64,000 bases of DNA from Azolla caroliniana. Its lineage: Eukaryota; Plantae; Polypodiophyta. The DNA lies in NCBI GenBank assembly GCA_043228905.1, contig JBHGNT010000018.1, forward strand, positions 558,001 to 622,000, written 5' to 3'. Below the pieces are notes generated by a model. That model had not been told where the DNA came from. It was given only the letters and a program-made list of their open reading frames with translations, and ran no database searches. The translations under genes were made by a program, and so were the position numbers. This document shows, piece by piece, positions 40,201-52,306 of the stretch (positions within the stretch are counted from its first letter, which is position 1; the number at the start of each line of letters is the position of its first letter).

Positions 40201-40732
40201 TTGATCTCATCAAAAACCTCTCATCGTATCATGTAGAGAGTCTTTCACCAAAAACATCTAATCAAAACGGCTCACCATACAATGAGTCTACGGACAAGAA
40301 CACACTCTCTAACACAGAGACTAATAGACATACAAAGATGGGGAGTGAGGGAGCACGAGAATGACCTCTTCTCAAGGGAGGGTCGTCCGTTCAAGCGTGC
40401 CAAAAGTGTTGTTGGGGTGGGGAGTGAAGCCTAGAATGGCTTCACCCCCCTCCCAAGGGGGTTACGATGGGGAGAGAGCTAGAGAGAGAGACAAATAGGA
40501 AATGACACAAATGTGAGAGGGGAAAATTGTATATCCATTACTTGCCCCATAAGGGGTTTATATAATACATAATGTAACGGTAAATAATGACCGTTACATT
40601 CTTGTCACATGCACATAACTGTGCATGTGCTTACACATACTCATCCTCACACTCATATACATTACACATACCGAACAACCCCTTCAATGTGTTTTACCCT
40701 TTTACTACCCCGTACACCTCCTACAGGTAACA
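37277..40732 (-). mobile_element. Non-autonomous LTR element (family E); LTRs 37277-37617 and 40407-40732
   Basis: Direct repeats TG...CA; TSD AGGCA/AGGCC; no pol domains recognised; strand inferred from the LTR TATA and CT-tract orientation. Confidence 0.85.
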
Positions 40733-43700
40733 AGGCCGGCAAGGCGAACTCCGACGCATGTTCACTCACATACAGAAGAGCGAGATGGAGACTCTGCCAA
40801 AAGCACACGGGCGTTCCACAGAGCAGAGTTAGCCTCCCGAAAACCTACGCAAGCAAATACAGAGAAAGAAGGAGGAGAAGAGCTCGGTCCCAGTCCGACA
40901 GCACTTCGTCCTCGACAAAAAAAAGCAATCCCTTTTTCATTCCTCTCCCTCTCTTTTATAGCCCAAGGAGGGAGGCCGTTATCATTTGTTACATCATATT
41001 AATTCTCTGTCCTTTCGAACAGAGATACACCTCGATTCTCTCCTTATTGAATGCGTGCTACCAAGGATTTCACCTGAGCTGACTTGTACCTAGCTACTTA
41101 CTATACAACGAAAGGTGTGCTCGCGTGTAAGGGCCGGTTTACACACGCTAAACTCGGTTTCCGCCTAAGGACGGTTTTCTTCACGACAACCGTTTGAAAT
41201 CGTGGCTTAAACGATTTAGGGCAATCACTTTATTATTTTTTGATACTTTTTGGACAACCTTTTCATTTTTCAGCTTGATTCTAACATTTTAGGGAAAAAA
41301 ATTATATTTTGAAAATTTTAAATTTTAAATATTGAAAAATATAAAATCTTGAAATTAAAATTTGAATTTTTGAATTTTTACGTAACTTGAAAACCAAAAC
41401 CAAGTCGTGAAATCGTGGTTTTAGCGGTTTAATAATTCAGTTTGAATTATTTCGGTTTAAATGGTTTTGTGGTTTGGTTTAGTTTGGTCGGTTTAAGTTT
41501 CAAAAAATTTAAACGGTTCAATGAGTGTAACACTCTTGAAACGAACCAAACCTAACCATTGCATGTTGCTAATTGCCTCTAGCATAGGGAAATAAATCTC
41601 TTAACAATAAAGTGACTCAAGCTAAGGAGTTTGGCTAGCTCAAATCCGACTAATAAAATGACCTAGGGTAAGGGACTTTCACTACGTCAAATACTACATT
41701 TGATGGAATATATTAGTCCTAATATGTACAAAACCAAACTCTGTATGCTTGTTTAGTTTGCACAAACGGAATCCAACACTTGTAAGTAAGTCTCAACTTT
41801 AAGGCAATCAATCGTGTGGTTATCTTCATCACAACATTTCATATCAAGATGGCACAATACATCCACAGTATAGCGAGGGAGTGGATTCACTAGATCATGT
41901 GCCTAGCTATTTGCTCATATCTTTGTTGTACTCCCAATTCGATATCAAGATTACACACCAATAGATTAAACTTTTTGAGTATAGAACTAAATGAGATAGT
42001 TTTGAATTTTCTACCACATAGTTGAGGCTATACTCTAACCTGCCTATCTCAAGCTTGTTGATCTTTAATCGTTGCTTCTAGCATTTGGATGGATACATCA
42101 ATCTTCCTTTATTTGGTGTTTGTACACGCCATCTTGTTGAAATTGTTTTATTGAGAGGTTCATTACTATGGGAAAATGTAAAGAGACCTTAATTACTAGT
42201 GGGTGCAACTTTTGTTCAGTTTGTTTGCGATGTGATTGGAGAGATTAACATGTTGAATAGTTAACTTTAAGGGTATATCCAAATATTGCACTAGTATTGG
42301 AAAACCTCTTGAATCAACCATTTGAAACAGTTTTCCATTTCGCATTCCTTGATGATACATTTGTTATAGATGCATTTCATTCTAAAATTTTCATGAGAAA
42401 GGTACATAATGGAAACATATTTATGAGTTTTGTGGATATTAAAGGCACAATGGGATTCAATGTATAAATGTGATGAAGATCATATACAAGAAATATATCA
42501 CATAGCAACTGCTCATATGATCAATTGGTGTCAAACCTATGTAAGAAATTTGATTGTTGTATAATGTCGTGGTTTGAAGAATGATTTTGATATAGTTCAA
42601 GCCCCAAATGTCCAAAATACTATGATAAATAGTTGGAAAAGTTAGATGCATGCACAAGAGTGTCATATGTGTTATATAATCATTTTGGGAATGATTCATA
42701 TACATTGCATAAACAAACAATAAAATCAAGAGAAAGACAATCTTTTACTTTGGAGATGAGAAGTTGGTCTAGCGATACAACCATGCATGCACTTGTTGGG
42801 AAGATTGTTGTAATTGTGATGAGTGGGAGGAACAAGCAGCTCCATGGATAATGAAACTTTGCCACTATCATCAATTGGATGTGAAAAGAACATATTGTCC
42901 GAGAATAATATCAAACACAAAAATTGAAATGAACAATTATTTCTTAAAGGAATCGGGTTATTAACATTTGTGGGCATTGGCACACAAAACAAGGCCAATT
43001 TTGAAGGGGCCATGTGGGGCAAAAGCTTTGAAGCTTGGAAATATAACATAAAGTAATTAATTTAAGAATATGTGGAGATAGATATGTAAAACAAAAAACC
43101 ATCCTTCTATAATAATATAAGGTTTGTGAAGACAATTCTTTTGTTCCTATGATTCCATTCTTAGCTATTGTATATAGTTATATGCTCAAGAGTTTAACGA
43201 GTCAAAGTATGAAAAGGGACTCCATTGTCTTGTTGAAAAATGAGAAGGTTTCCACCTTTGCCCTATGGTTCAAAAATGAGAAGGTAAGTGCAAAATCCAT
43301 CTTTGATTAGGGAGGGGATCACCATGTCTTGTCTTTTCTTTTCTTTTCTTTTGCGGCCCCGCCGTGTCGTGTTTCGATTGTTTCGGGTGATGAAAATGTC
43401 AAACCAAGGCATCCAAATTGGCTGGCCCCACATAGGTCACTTGTCCTTGAGAAGACTGAGTAAGGTCTCACATTGATCCGTTACAAAGACACTACATATT
43501 ATAAAATCTAACCAGTGGAGAGATGGTGAGACAACTTAAAACCTAACCTTGAAAACTACAAAGAGAGAGAGAGAGAGAGAGAGCATTACATATACAAACA
43601 TAATGGCTAAGATGGCTGTCTTAGTGGACTATAACTACCCGGGCATAGAATCTGAACTTCACGGATGTGTCAACGATGTGTGGAACATGCGCAAGCTCCT

Positions 43701-43992
43701 ATTGGACAAGTATGGATTCTCTCAAGAAGACATTATGGTGCTCATTGACACCGATGACAACTACACTGAACCGACGGGCGCCAATATCCACCAAGCCCTC
43801 CACGACCTCATTTCTGAGTCGGCACCCGACGACATCCTCTACTTCCACTACAATGGCCGTGGTACCCGTGTTCCTGCCGACGACGACGAGACGGGCTATG
43901 ACAAATGTATTGTCCCGTCTGACCTGAATTTAATCAATGGTATGTGCCAATATGATTGCATTCATTACTAGATGTTGATATTGAGTCCAAAG

Positions 43993-44450
43993 CATAGTGA
44001 ATCATACGCACCACACGTACATTCGCATTTGAGTAGGTTTTGATCATTCGTGTATAGTTAACACCTTCCAAGTATGGTAAATACCATATTTTTGTATTTA
44101 TTATTTATTATACGGTAAAACGTTTTTTTTAAGGTAAGAAAGTTAAGGTAAAAACATGTATATTTTCATAACATACACATTAGATTGCAAACATATACGT
44201 ATGGAAAAGAATGTTTGCAAATGCATTTGAGTATGTTACAGCCAATGGTATGAACCATACGTACCATACATGCATTCGCATTCGAGTATGGTAAACACCC
44301 TCAAAGTAGGGTAAATACCATACTTTTTGTATTCATTATCTATTATAAGGTAAAACTTTATTTTAAAGTATAAAAGTTACGGTGAAAAACGTAAAAATGA
44401 AAATAAACATTAAGTATGCTTTCATAACTTACACATTCGTTTGCAAATGT
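43993..44450 (-). mobile_element. Truncated MITE of the 18944-19901 family in the MC-B intron
   Basis: Begins CATAGTGAATCATACG...CATTCGCATT, matching the reverse complement of the right end of 18944-19901; absent from the MC-A intron. Confidence 0.6.
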
Positions 44451-45050
44451 ATGGGATCGGCATTAGTTTGATGATTATGGTGTTAATATAAGAACACTAT
44501 ATAGAATCCATGGAGAGACTGATATTACTTTGAACACAAGTAATATTTGTTAGGGGTTAATCATTAGGGCCTATAGTGATAACAACTACAGAAAGTGTGT
44601 TTTTTCTTAGCATCAAATATTATAAACTTCTTGTGGATCTATTAATGTGTACTTATCCATTTCTTATGATGTGTAGATAACGAGTTCTGTTCCTTGCTGA
44701 ATAAGCTTCCTCCTAATGTCAAACTCACCATAGTCTCAGATTCTGGCCATTGCGGTGGCCTCATTGAGAACACAAAGGAGAAAATAGGAGATAGCTACCA
44801 ATCTTCAAGGGAAGGATATGGAAATGATCAGGATGGGAGTGCATTTACAAAAAACACCGACTCGGACGGGAGCTATGGCGGAGATGATGTGGAGATAAAG
44901 AGCAAGCCTTTGCCATTGAACATTTTGTTGGAATTGTTAAAACAAAAGTTGGGGAAAGATGATGTACAAGTAGGCAACATAAGGACAACTTTGTTTGACA
45001 TTTTTGGAAAGGATTCGAGCTCGACAAGGGAGAAATTCGTGAGATCCCTC

Positions 45051-45692
45051 ATGGAAGGGGATAATAATGAACAAGGAGGAGGTGAGTTTATGGGATTGGT
45101 AGGATCTCTAGCAACACAAATTGTTAAGCAAATAGCCGAAGATGAGTGGAGTGACAATAATAGTTATGTTGAGCAGGACGGTAGTGGGGATAATAATAGT
45201 GGCAATAGATCTCCCATGGGAGGGGATAATAATGAACAAGGAGTAGGTGGGTTTGTGAGGTTGGTAGGATCTCTAGGAACACAAATTGTTAAGCAAATGG
45301 TCGAAGGTGGGTCGAGTGACAATAATAGTTATGCTAAGCAGGACGGTAGTGGGGATAATAATAGCGACGATAGATCTCCCATGGGAGGGGATAATAATGA
45401 ACAAGGAGTAGGTGGGTTTGTGGGGTTGGTAGGATCTCTAGGAACACAAATTGTTAAGCAAATGGTCGAAGGTGGGTCGAGTGACGATAATAGTTATGCT
45501 AAGCAGGACGGTAGTGGGGATAATAATAGTGACGATAGATCTCCCATGGGAGGGGCTAATAATGAACAAGGAGTCGGTGGGTTTGTGGGTTGGTAGGATC
45601 TCTAGGAACACAAATTGTTAAGCAAATAGTCGAAGGTGGGCCGAGTAACGATAATAGTTATGCTAAGCAAGTGGGTAGTGAGGATAGATCTC
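45051..45692 (+). repeat. 165-bp (55-aa) coding tandem repeat, about 3.9 copies
   Basis: Units start at 45051, 45216, 45381 and 45546: [55 protein letters not shown]. Confidence 0.95.
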
Positions 45693-45742
45693 CCAGTTTC
45701 TATTGTACCAATGCAAATGCCGGTTCTCCCTTCATTTGTTAG

Positions 45743-45764
45743 TTCTCTCTCTCTCACACTCTCA

Positions 45765-45827
<63 letters not shown>
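45743..45827. repeat. (CT)n microsatellite
   Basis: Direct observation. Confidence 0.9.
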
Positions 45828-45829
<2 letters not shown>

Positions 45830-46989
45830 TGTTTGAACCTCAAATAACATGAGTGGTGTGCACTAGTTTCCATTTTGTTGCTAGTGCATTATGTGTCACC
45901 ATATCATTAATAAGCTACCCATATCATGGGTAAGACATTGTATTGGTGATGTTGTCCTTGTTAGCAAGTTGTGTTTCTTATCAACTCTAGGTTGAAGGTT
46001 CTCGAAAATAACAAAATCCATGCACACAAACCCAAGCATAAAAGTTGCAAGCTTTTGTTGTTAGTGCTTTATGTGTCACCATATTGGTAATACGCTACTT
46101 AGCATATCATTAGTAACGGATTGAATTGTTAATCATTGTTGTCCTTGTATATCAAGTTGTGTTCTTCATCAACTCTCGATTGAAGGTCGGTTGCATACGT
46201 ACAAAATCCATGCCTAAAAGTTGCAAGATTGTGAACATAAGGCGAAGATTGACTTTAAACAATCATGTCTTTGGAGAAATCCTCAAACTGACCATTACCA
46301 AAGGTTCACCCTTTACACAAATCTCAAAATATCTGATAAATAATAACGTGTAATATCCCCACACCCCCTCCCACATTCGATGTGTCTTAATTCTAGTTCT
46401 TATTTCATGCAAAGAGCATTCTAAATATTTACACTCCAATCCAACAGGAATCCCACTAAGCATATCTTGTACTTTTTGCCATTGTCACTAGGATGTAACC
46501 TTGTACGAGCTTTCATTGTTCATTGTGTCTGAAATGTCCTTCAAATAAGCTCAAACTTTATTAGTGTTCCATTATCCAATTACCATTCCAAACTTCACTA
46601 CCTTAAATGGATTAACTCTTGAGTTGTTTCAATTTAAGCCTCCCTACGCGAAACATTTATGATACTTTTCCACATTGTCATAGAATAAAACATATCAAAC
46701 CAGTAATGTACATGTTACAAGCAAAAACAGAGGAGTTTGTTTACAAGCCCATCCATCCTTCAATGGAGAGGAAAACTCAGAAAGAACTTTCAATAAAAGA
46801 ATGTACAATTTTACAAGAGGTATATATAAGCTCAACTTCTACACAAACATAATCAAGCCCAAAAAACATCCGCAGAAGCATTATCTTGGAGACTCACTAG
46901 TAACACTTAAATGAGAAACTATGGCACAAGATCTAAACAACAATTGTGCTGAGACACAAAACAGAAAACAAGCAACACACGATTTACGT

Positions 46990-49397
46990 TGTCATGCCTT
47001 TCGGCTCCGGATTGTTACGTGAGTCGGGTGGGAACCGCTGGGGTTTTGGACTAGGAGAAAGGAGATCGTGAGATAGAGATCAATTATGAGTAGATAGCAA
47101 AGAGAAAGATAAGCAACTTATGAATCACACGAGTATACTATATTAATTGGTACTTAGGTTGTTAAGAAAGAAGTAGATGCATAAATCGTGAATCCCACGA
47201 ATAATTTTTATTATTATTGATCAATACTTAATCCAAAAAAATAACCAACCCTCTTTCTCTCCTCCTTATATAAGGACAGAAGAGGCTAAGTATAGCTTCT
47301 TGCTTTTCTAAAGTTGCATGCTTTACTTTTCCCACTACAATTTCCTAAATTTAGCATTCATGCCTGTTAGATGTGCATGCGTAATTTTATTAGTGTGCAT
47401 ATAAATAAAGTTTTCACGCATTCTAAAAATGCATGACTTACCTTTTAATAAAGGTAGGCGAAAATAAAGGTTTTATACGTATTAAATCTATATTTGAAAC
47501 ACTCAGAATAAGTTAGTATAATGGTAAGGTTGGAGTTTGTTTGCGTGGAGGTGTAGGGTTTGAATCTTTCCTTATGCACGTAATAGAAATTTTAATGTTT
47601 CTTTTATTTATAATTGTGTCTCTTCATCCTGTAAGAGACTCTCACCGGCCTTCTTCATCCGGCTCTTCCTTGCTGGTTCCTCTTTGCCGGTTTGCCGATT
47701 CCTCCTTGCCGGTTCCTCTTCGTCCGGTTCTCACCGGGTATTTCATTCTCTATCCGGATGGACAAAATGCAATTTCTACGTAGTGTGTAAATTACACTAT
47801 GACACTCACCCCCTCTAAACCCGCACATCCTCCAGTATGTGCCGAAGTTCCCGATGTTCTATATTCGCCTCCATCCGTATCGCTCTTTGAATCTTCCCTT
47901 ATGTCGACTATGAGTTGAAGTCCACTTTCTTCGCTATCCGCATCACCGCGATCTTTGTCCGGTTGCTCCTCATTGTCGGTCTCGTCTATGGCTACATAAG
48001 ATTCGTTGTTAGTCCGCTTCTTGAAGATCTTCACCCGTTTCGCTGCTATAGGCACTCGTAGGATCGTTCCATCCAACTCACTTAGTCGGTAAGTTCTGTT
48101 GTCGAAAACTTTCCGAACCTCATATGGGCCGAACCACCTTTTTGCGAACTTCCGTACCGTTGTATGTTGATGATCCAAACTACTATCATAGACAATCACC
48201 CAATCTCCTTCTTCAATCTTCCGTGGTCGTAGTCGGTGCTTGGTGTCGAACCGGCTTTTGTTCCGGAGTCGCGCTTCTTGTTGTCGGCGTGACGCTTCCT
48301 CCAGTTGTCGTATCCGGACCGCTAGTAGTTCTTCCCGGCTCATCTTTTCCTTCCACGGTAGCATTATCCATGTCGCGATTACGGTTTCCGTCAACATTAC
48401 CGGTGCTTGTCTGGTCATAAGTTCTGCCGGCATATAACCGGTTACGGAGCTATGCATCATCCGATCCACCCATAGTGCATACGGGAGTATCTGCGGCCAA
48501 TCCATCACCCTTCCGTCGCATGCTTTGGCAAGTGCTTTGACAATCGGACTATGTCCTCACTTGACCTTCCCGTTGGCTTCGGGATTGTATGCCGTTGTTA
48601 GTGTTAACCAAACTCCATGTTTGGCGAAGAATCCCCTAGTTTTATCAGAGTCAAGTTCTCCCCGATCCGCAATCACTTGTCCTACGCACCCCTACCTGCA
48701 AAACACCTCTTCCAAAAGAAATTGACATACCACAGAACACGTTTTTCTTCATAGCGCCCGACCTTCTACTTGATTTGTGAGATCTTCCCGAGCTAACACC
48801 AAGTACTTCTTTTGTCCGATCCCGGTTGGCATGGCTACAATGTCGACCATCCATTTGAAGTTGATTGTCGGTGAGAATGTCAAATGTAACTCATCTCAGT
48901 GTCGAACTCCAGAGTAGATTTGACACTTCTCGCAGCTTCCATGAACTCCGCGACATCTTTGTACATATTCTTCCACCAATATCTTTGCTTGATCTTCCCA
49001 AATGTTGCCCATGTTCCCCGATGTCTAGCCCAATCAGATTCGTGAAATTCGGAGATTACCTGGTTTCGTTGCTCTTTTGTCCCGACTACTCGAAGTGGTA
49101 TGCCATCCGGTCTTTTCGGCTCCCTCCATAGTAATCCATTTTTCAAGAAGAACTTTCGGACTTGCCATTTCTTACTTCGGATCTCGGCTCTCTTCTCTTT
49201 ATTGTCCGATGATTCCTCGATTTCTCGTAGCATTTTCCCGATCAACAAGCTTTCTCCCTCGTATTCTTCTTCCCAGAATTCTTGGATTACGTCCGCCCGG
49301 CATATGTGCTCCGAAGCAAAGTAGTCTTCGGAAACTTCTTCATTATCAGATTCGGTTATGTCATCTCCGAACCGCGCCCTTGATAGCATATCCGCTA
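46990..49397 (-). mobile_element. Family-A Ty3/gypsy 3' half: RNase H end, integrase, PPT, 3' LTR 46990-47804
   Basis: IADMLSR, FHESDWARHRG...YWW, YNPEANG, DWPQILPYALW, KRWFGPY; PPT TTTAGAGGGGGTGAG; left flank is a copia LTR piece ending in ACGT. Confidence 0.9.
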
Positions 49398-52306
49398 TTG
49401 GTGAGGCAAAGAATTTTACCAAAATTGATCTAAGGGGTGCATATAATCTTGTTCGAATTCGGCCGGGAGATGAGTGGAAAACAACATTTCGTACTCGGTA
49501 TGGTCATTTCGAGTATACAATCATGCATTTCGGGCTCACAAATGCACCTGCAGTATTCCAACATATGGCAAATGACATCTTCTGGGATTTCTTGGATATT
49601 TTTCTAATCATCTAACTAGATGATCTATTGATTTACTCTAGAACACAGGTGGAGCATGATATACATGTGCGGCAAGTACTTGAACGCCTAAGGAAGTATG
49701 CTCTTTATGCCAAACTTGAGAAATGCAGTTTTGATTGCAAACAAGTCGAATTTTTGGGATACACTATTTCATCCCAGGGTGTTTTCATGGACCCAGCAAA
49801 AGTCCAAACAATATTGGAATGGAAACCCCCATGCTCAGTTCGGGATGTTCAGTGTTTCTTCGGATTTGCGAGCTTCTATCGCAAATTCATACATAATTAT
49901 TCAAGCATTGTGTTGCCCCTTACTCAACTCACCAAGAAAAATCAAGCATTTTTTTGGAGTATCGAAGCGGACAAGGCTTTTACGCAGCTGAAAGAGGCAT
50001 TCACATCAGCACCCATCCTAGCACATATTGATCCTGAAAAGCCATTTACTATTGAGGCAGATGCATCGGACTTTGCATTGGGGAGTATACTATCACAACC
50101 AGGCGAGGATGGGCAGGCACATCCAATCGCGTTTCACTCGAGAAAATTTACTGTTTCGGAGATAAACTATGAGGTGCATGACAAGGAGTTACTAGCTGTG
50201 GTCGACTCATTCGAGCAATGGCGTCATTTTCTAGAAGGATCACCTCATCAGATTATCATTTATAGTGATCACAAAAATCTCACATATTTTCAAGTAGCTC
50301 GAGTATTAAATAGACGCCAAGCTCGGTGGGCCCAATTTCTAACGCGTTTTGATTTCAAGATCATTTTTTGCCCCGGAAAACAACAAGGGAAAGCAAATGC
50401 TTTTTCTTGGCGTTCGTATATTATAGATCATAGTACTAATGTAAGCTTAAGATAAGGATAAAGAAATGAAAGATAGAAAGGAGAAAGAGAAAGAAGGGTG
50501 CCGATCCACCCGACCACCCCCGAGCGAAGGGATCGAGACGGACTCGAGCCTCGATCGGCGTCCCATACCACCGCCGTGGCGTCGAGTCGTACCTGGTGCT
50601 GGAGCGCTCGCTACAAAAGTTGACCCACCACACGAGCAGAGTCTCGATGTAGTCAAAAGAGGATCAAATGAGGGTAGCTAGGCCTCTTATTTATAGCGAT
50701 ACCCAAGGCCCCCAGGCAAGTTCACACTTGACCTAATGGGTTGTCTCAATCCCGAGGATTAAAAGTAATCCTCCCCTCCTTTACACTCTCGTTTAACCCT
50801 CACACTTATCCACGTGTATAGAATACTACGGTAAATTCTTACCACGGGATATTAAATGGTCATGCTCGTAACATCGTATCTAGCACTTCGACCTGGCGAT
50901 CCGGCCTTTGACAATCAAAAGAAAATTCTCCTCGGGCCATCAAAGCTACAGGTAACAACAATTTATGCCACGCCACTTGATTCTACCCTTCTTGACACTA
51001 TTCGGCAACAACTTCATTCAGATGATTTCGCTAAGGATGTCTTAGCCCACTGTGGTTCAAGTCATCCATCTTGCTCCACATTGCCAGGGTCATCTCAACA
51101 TTATCAGGACTTCAAGTGGCAAGATGGCTTACTCTTCTACAAGAATCTCCTTTACGTCCCCGACGGATCACCCCGACTTCAAGTGTTGGAACATTGTCAT
51201 GATGCCCCCATGGCTGGACATTTTGGTATTTCCAAGACCATTGAGCTGGTGAAACGTTCGTTTTGGTGGCCTCACTTGCAAAAAAATTTCGAAGATTATG
51301 TTCGCACTTGTGACACTTGCAAACTCTCTTCGGCTTATCATCCCCAAACTGACGGACAAACAAAGCGCACAAATCAAACGCTCGAGCAATATCTTCGATG
51401 TTTCATTAGTTATCAACAAGATGTTTGGAGTAAACATCTTGCCGAGTTTGCATACAACAACATGGTCCACTCTTCTACCAAAGTTACACCTTTCTTTGCC
51501 TACACTGGCAACCACCCTCAATGGTGTATACTGGATCTTCTCGAGGTATCACGAAACCCTAGTGCGGCGCATCACCTCCACCGACTACAACAAATCCAAT
51601 TCGAGTTATCGTCACATCTTTAGAAAGCGCAAGCACACCATAAGACCAATGCCGATCGACATCGTCTTAAGTCTCCGTTTAAGGTTGGTGACCGTGTATG
51701 GTTGCTTCGTCGTCACATCAAGACTACCCGACCGTGTGCTAAGCTTGACTATCAACGCTTAGGTCCTTTTGTCATCACGACGCAAATTAATGATGCAACA
51801 TTTCGTCTTAACCTTCCTGCACATATGCGGCTTCACCCTGTCTTTCATAGCTCTCTTTTGGAACCTTGCCGCACCTCTTTAATTCCTAATTGTGTCGTGC
51901 CACCACCGCCTTCTATACAACTTGTGGACGGCCCCAAATACGAGGTAGCTGCTATTCTCGATTCTAAGATTGTGCACAATAAGCTTTATTATCTAGTTGA
52001 TTGGCTTGGCTATCCTCCGAGTGATCGCACTTGGGAACCCATTGATAACGTTTGTAATGCTGAAGCTCTAGTCAACGACTTCCATCGTCACTATCCAAGC
52101 AAGCCCGGCCCAACAATGTTAACGCCGACTTCCACTCGGCGTTCTCGAAGGAGGGATAATGTCATGAACACATGACCATTATGGCATCACCCTGACTTGA
52201 ACCTCTAACCTTGTAATCCATACTTGGAAACCTCAACCATTAAGATAGCTTATTGTTATATGAAACAATAAAAGCTACTTCTTGTATTACATTGATTATT
52301 GTAAAA
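49398..52306 (+). mobile_element. Family-B Tcn1/Tf2-like chromovirus 3' part: RT, RNase H, integrase (partly deleted), chromodomain, PPT, truncated 3' LTR (52160-52306)
   Basis: [19 protein letters not shown]...HDKEL, HCHDAPMAGHFG, YEVAAILDSK...YLVDWLGYPPSDRTWEP; PPT GAAGGAGGGATAA before TGTCATG. Confidence 0.92.
50419..50873 (-). mobile_element. Solo LTR of family D
   Basis: Homologous to 25266-25721; TSD TCGTA/TCGTA. Confidence 0.95.

Larger units (their letters stand above)
34811..41188 (-). mobile_element. Family-C Ty3/gypsy 5' half (split LTR 37138-41188, Trp-like PBS 37117-37133, gag, protease)
   Basis: Gag with CLWCDAVGHVRRDC; HYSRPHWARATTE...ALVDRGLEINLM homologous to family A; truncated before RT. 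Confidence 0.85.
34667..41571. mobile_element. hAT-type MITE split by about 6.4 kb of nested retroelements
   Basis: Termini TAGCAATTG...GTTGCTA; perfect 8-bp TSD ATTGCCTC at 34659-34666 and 41572-41579. Confidence 0.85.
43603..45741 (+). pseudogene. Catalytically dead type II metacaspase (MC-B) with expanded linker; spliced ORF 43603-43939 + 44677-45596 (418 aa); pseudogene or pseudo-enzyme
   Basis: Paralogue of MC-A with HYNGRG (His to Arg) and SDSGHCGG (Cys to Gly); splice sites intact; frameshift in the 4th repeat; p10 deleted apart from the final ...PFIC* remnant at about 45692-45741. Confidence 0.85.
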
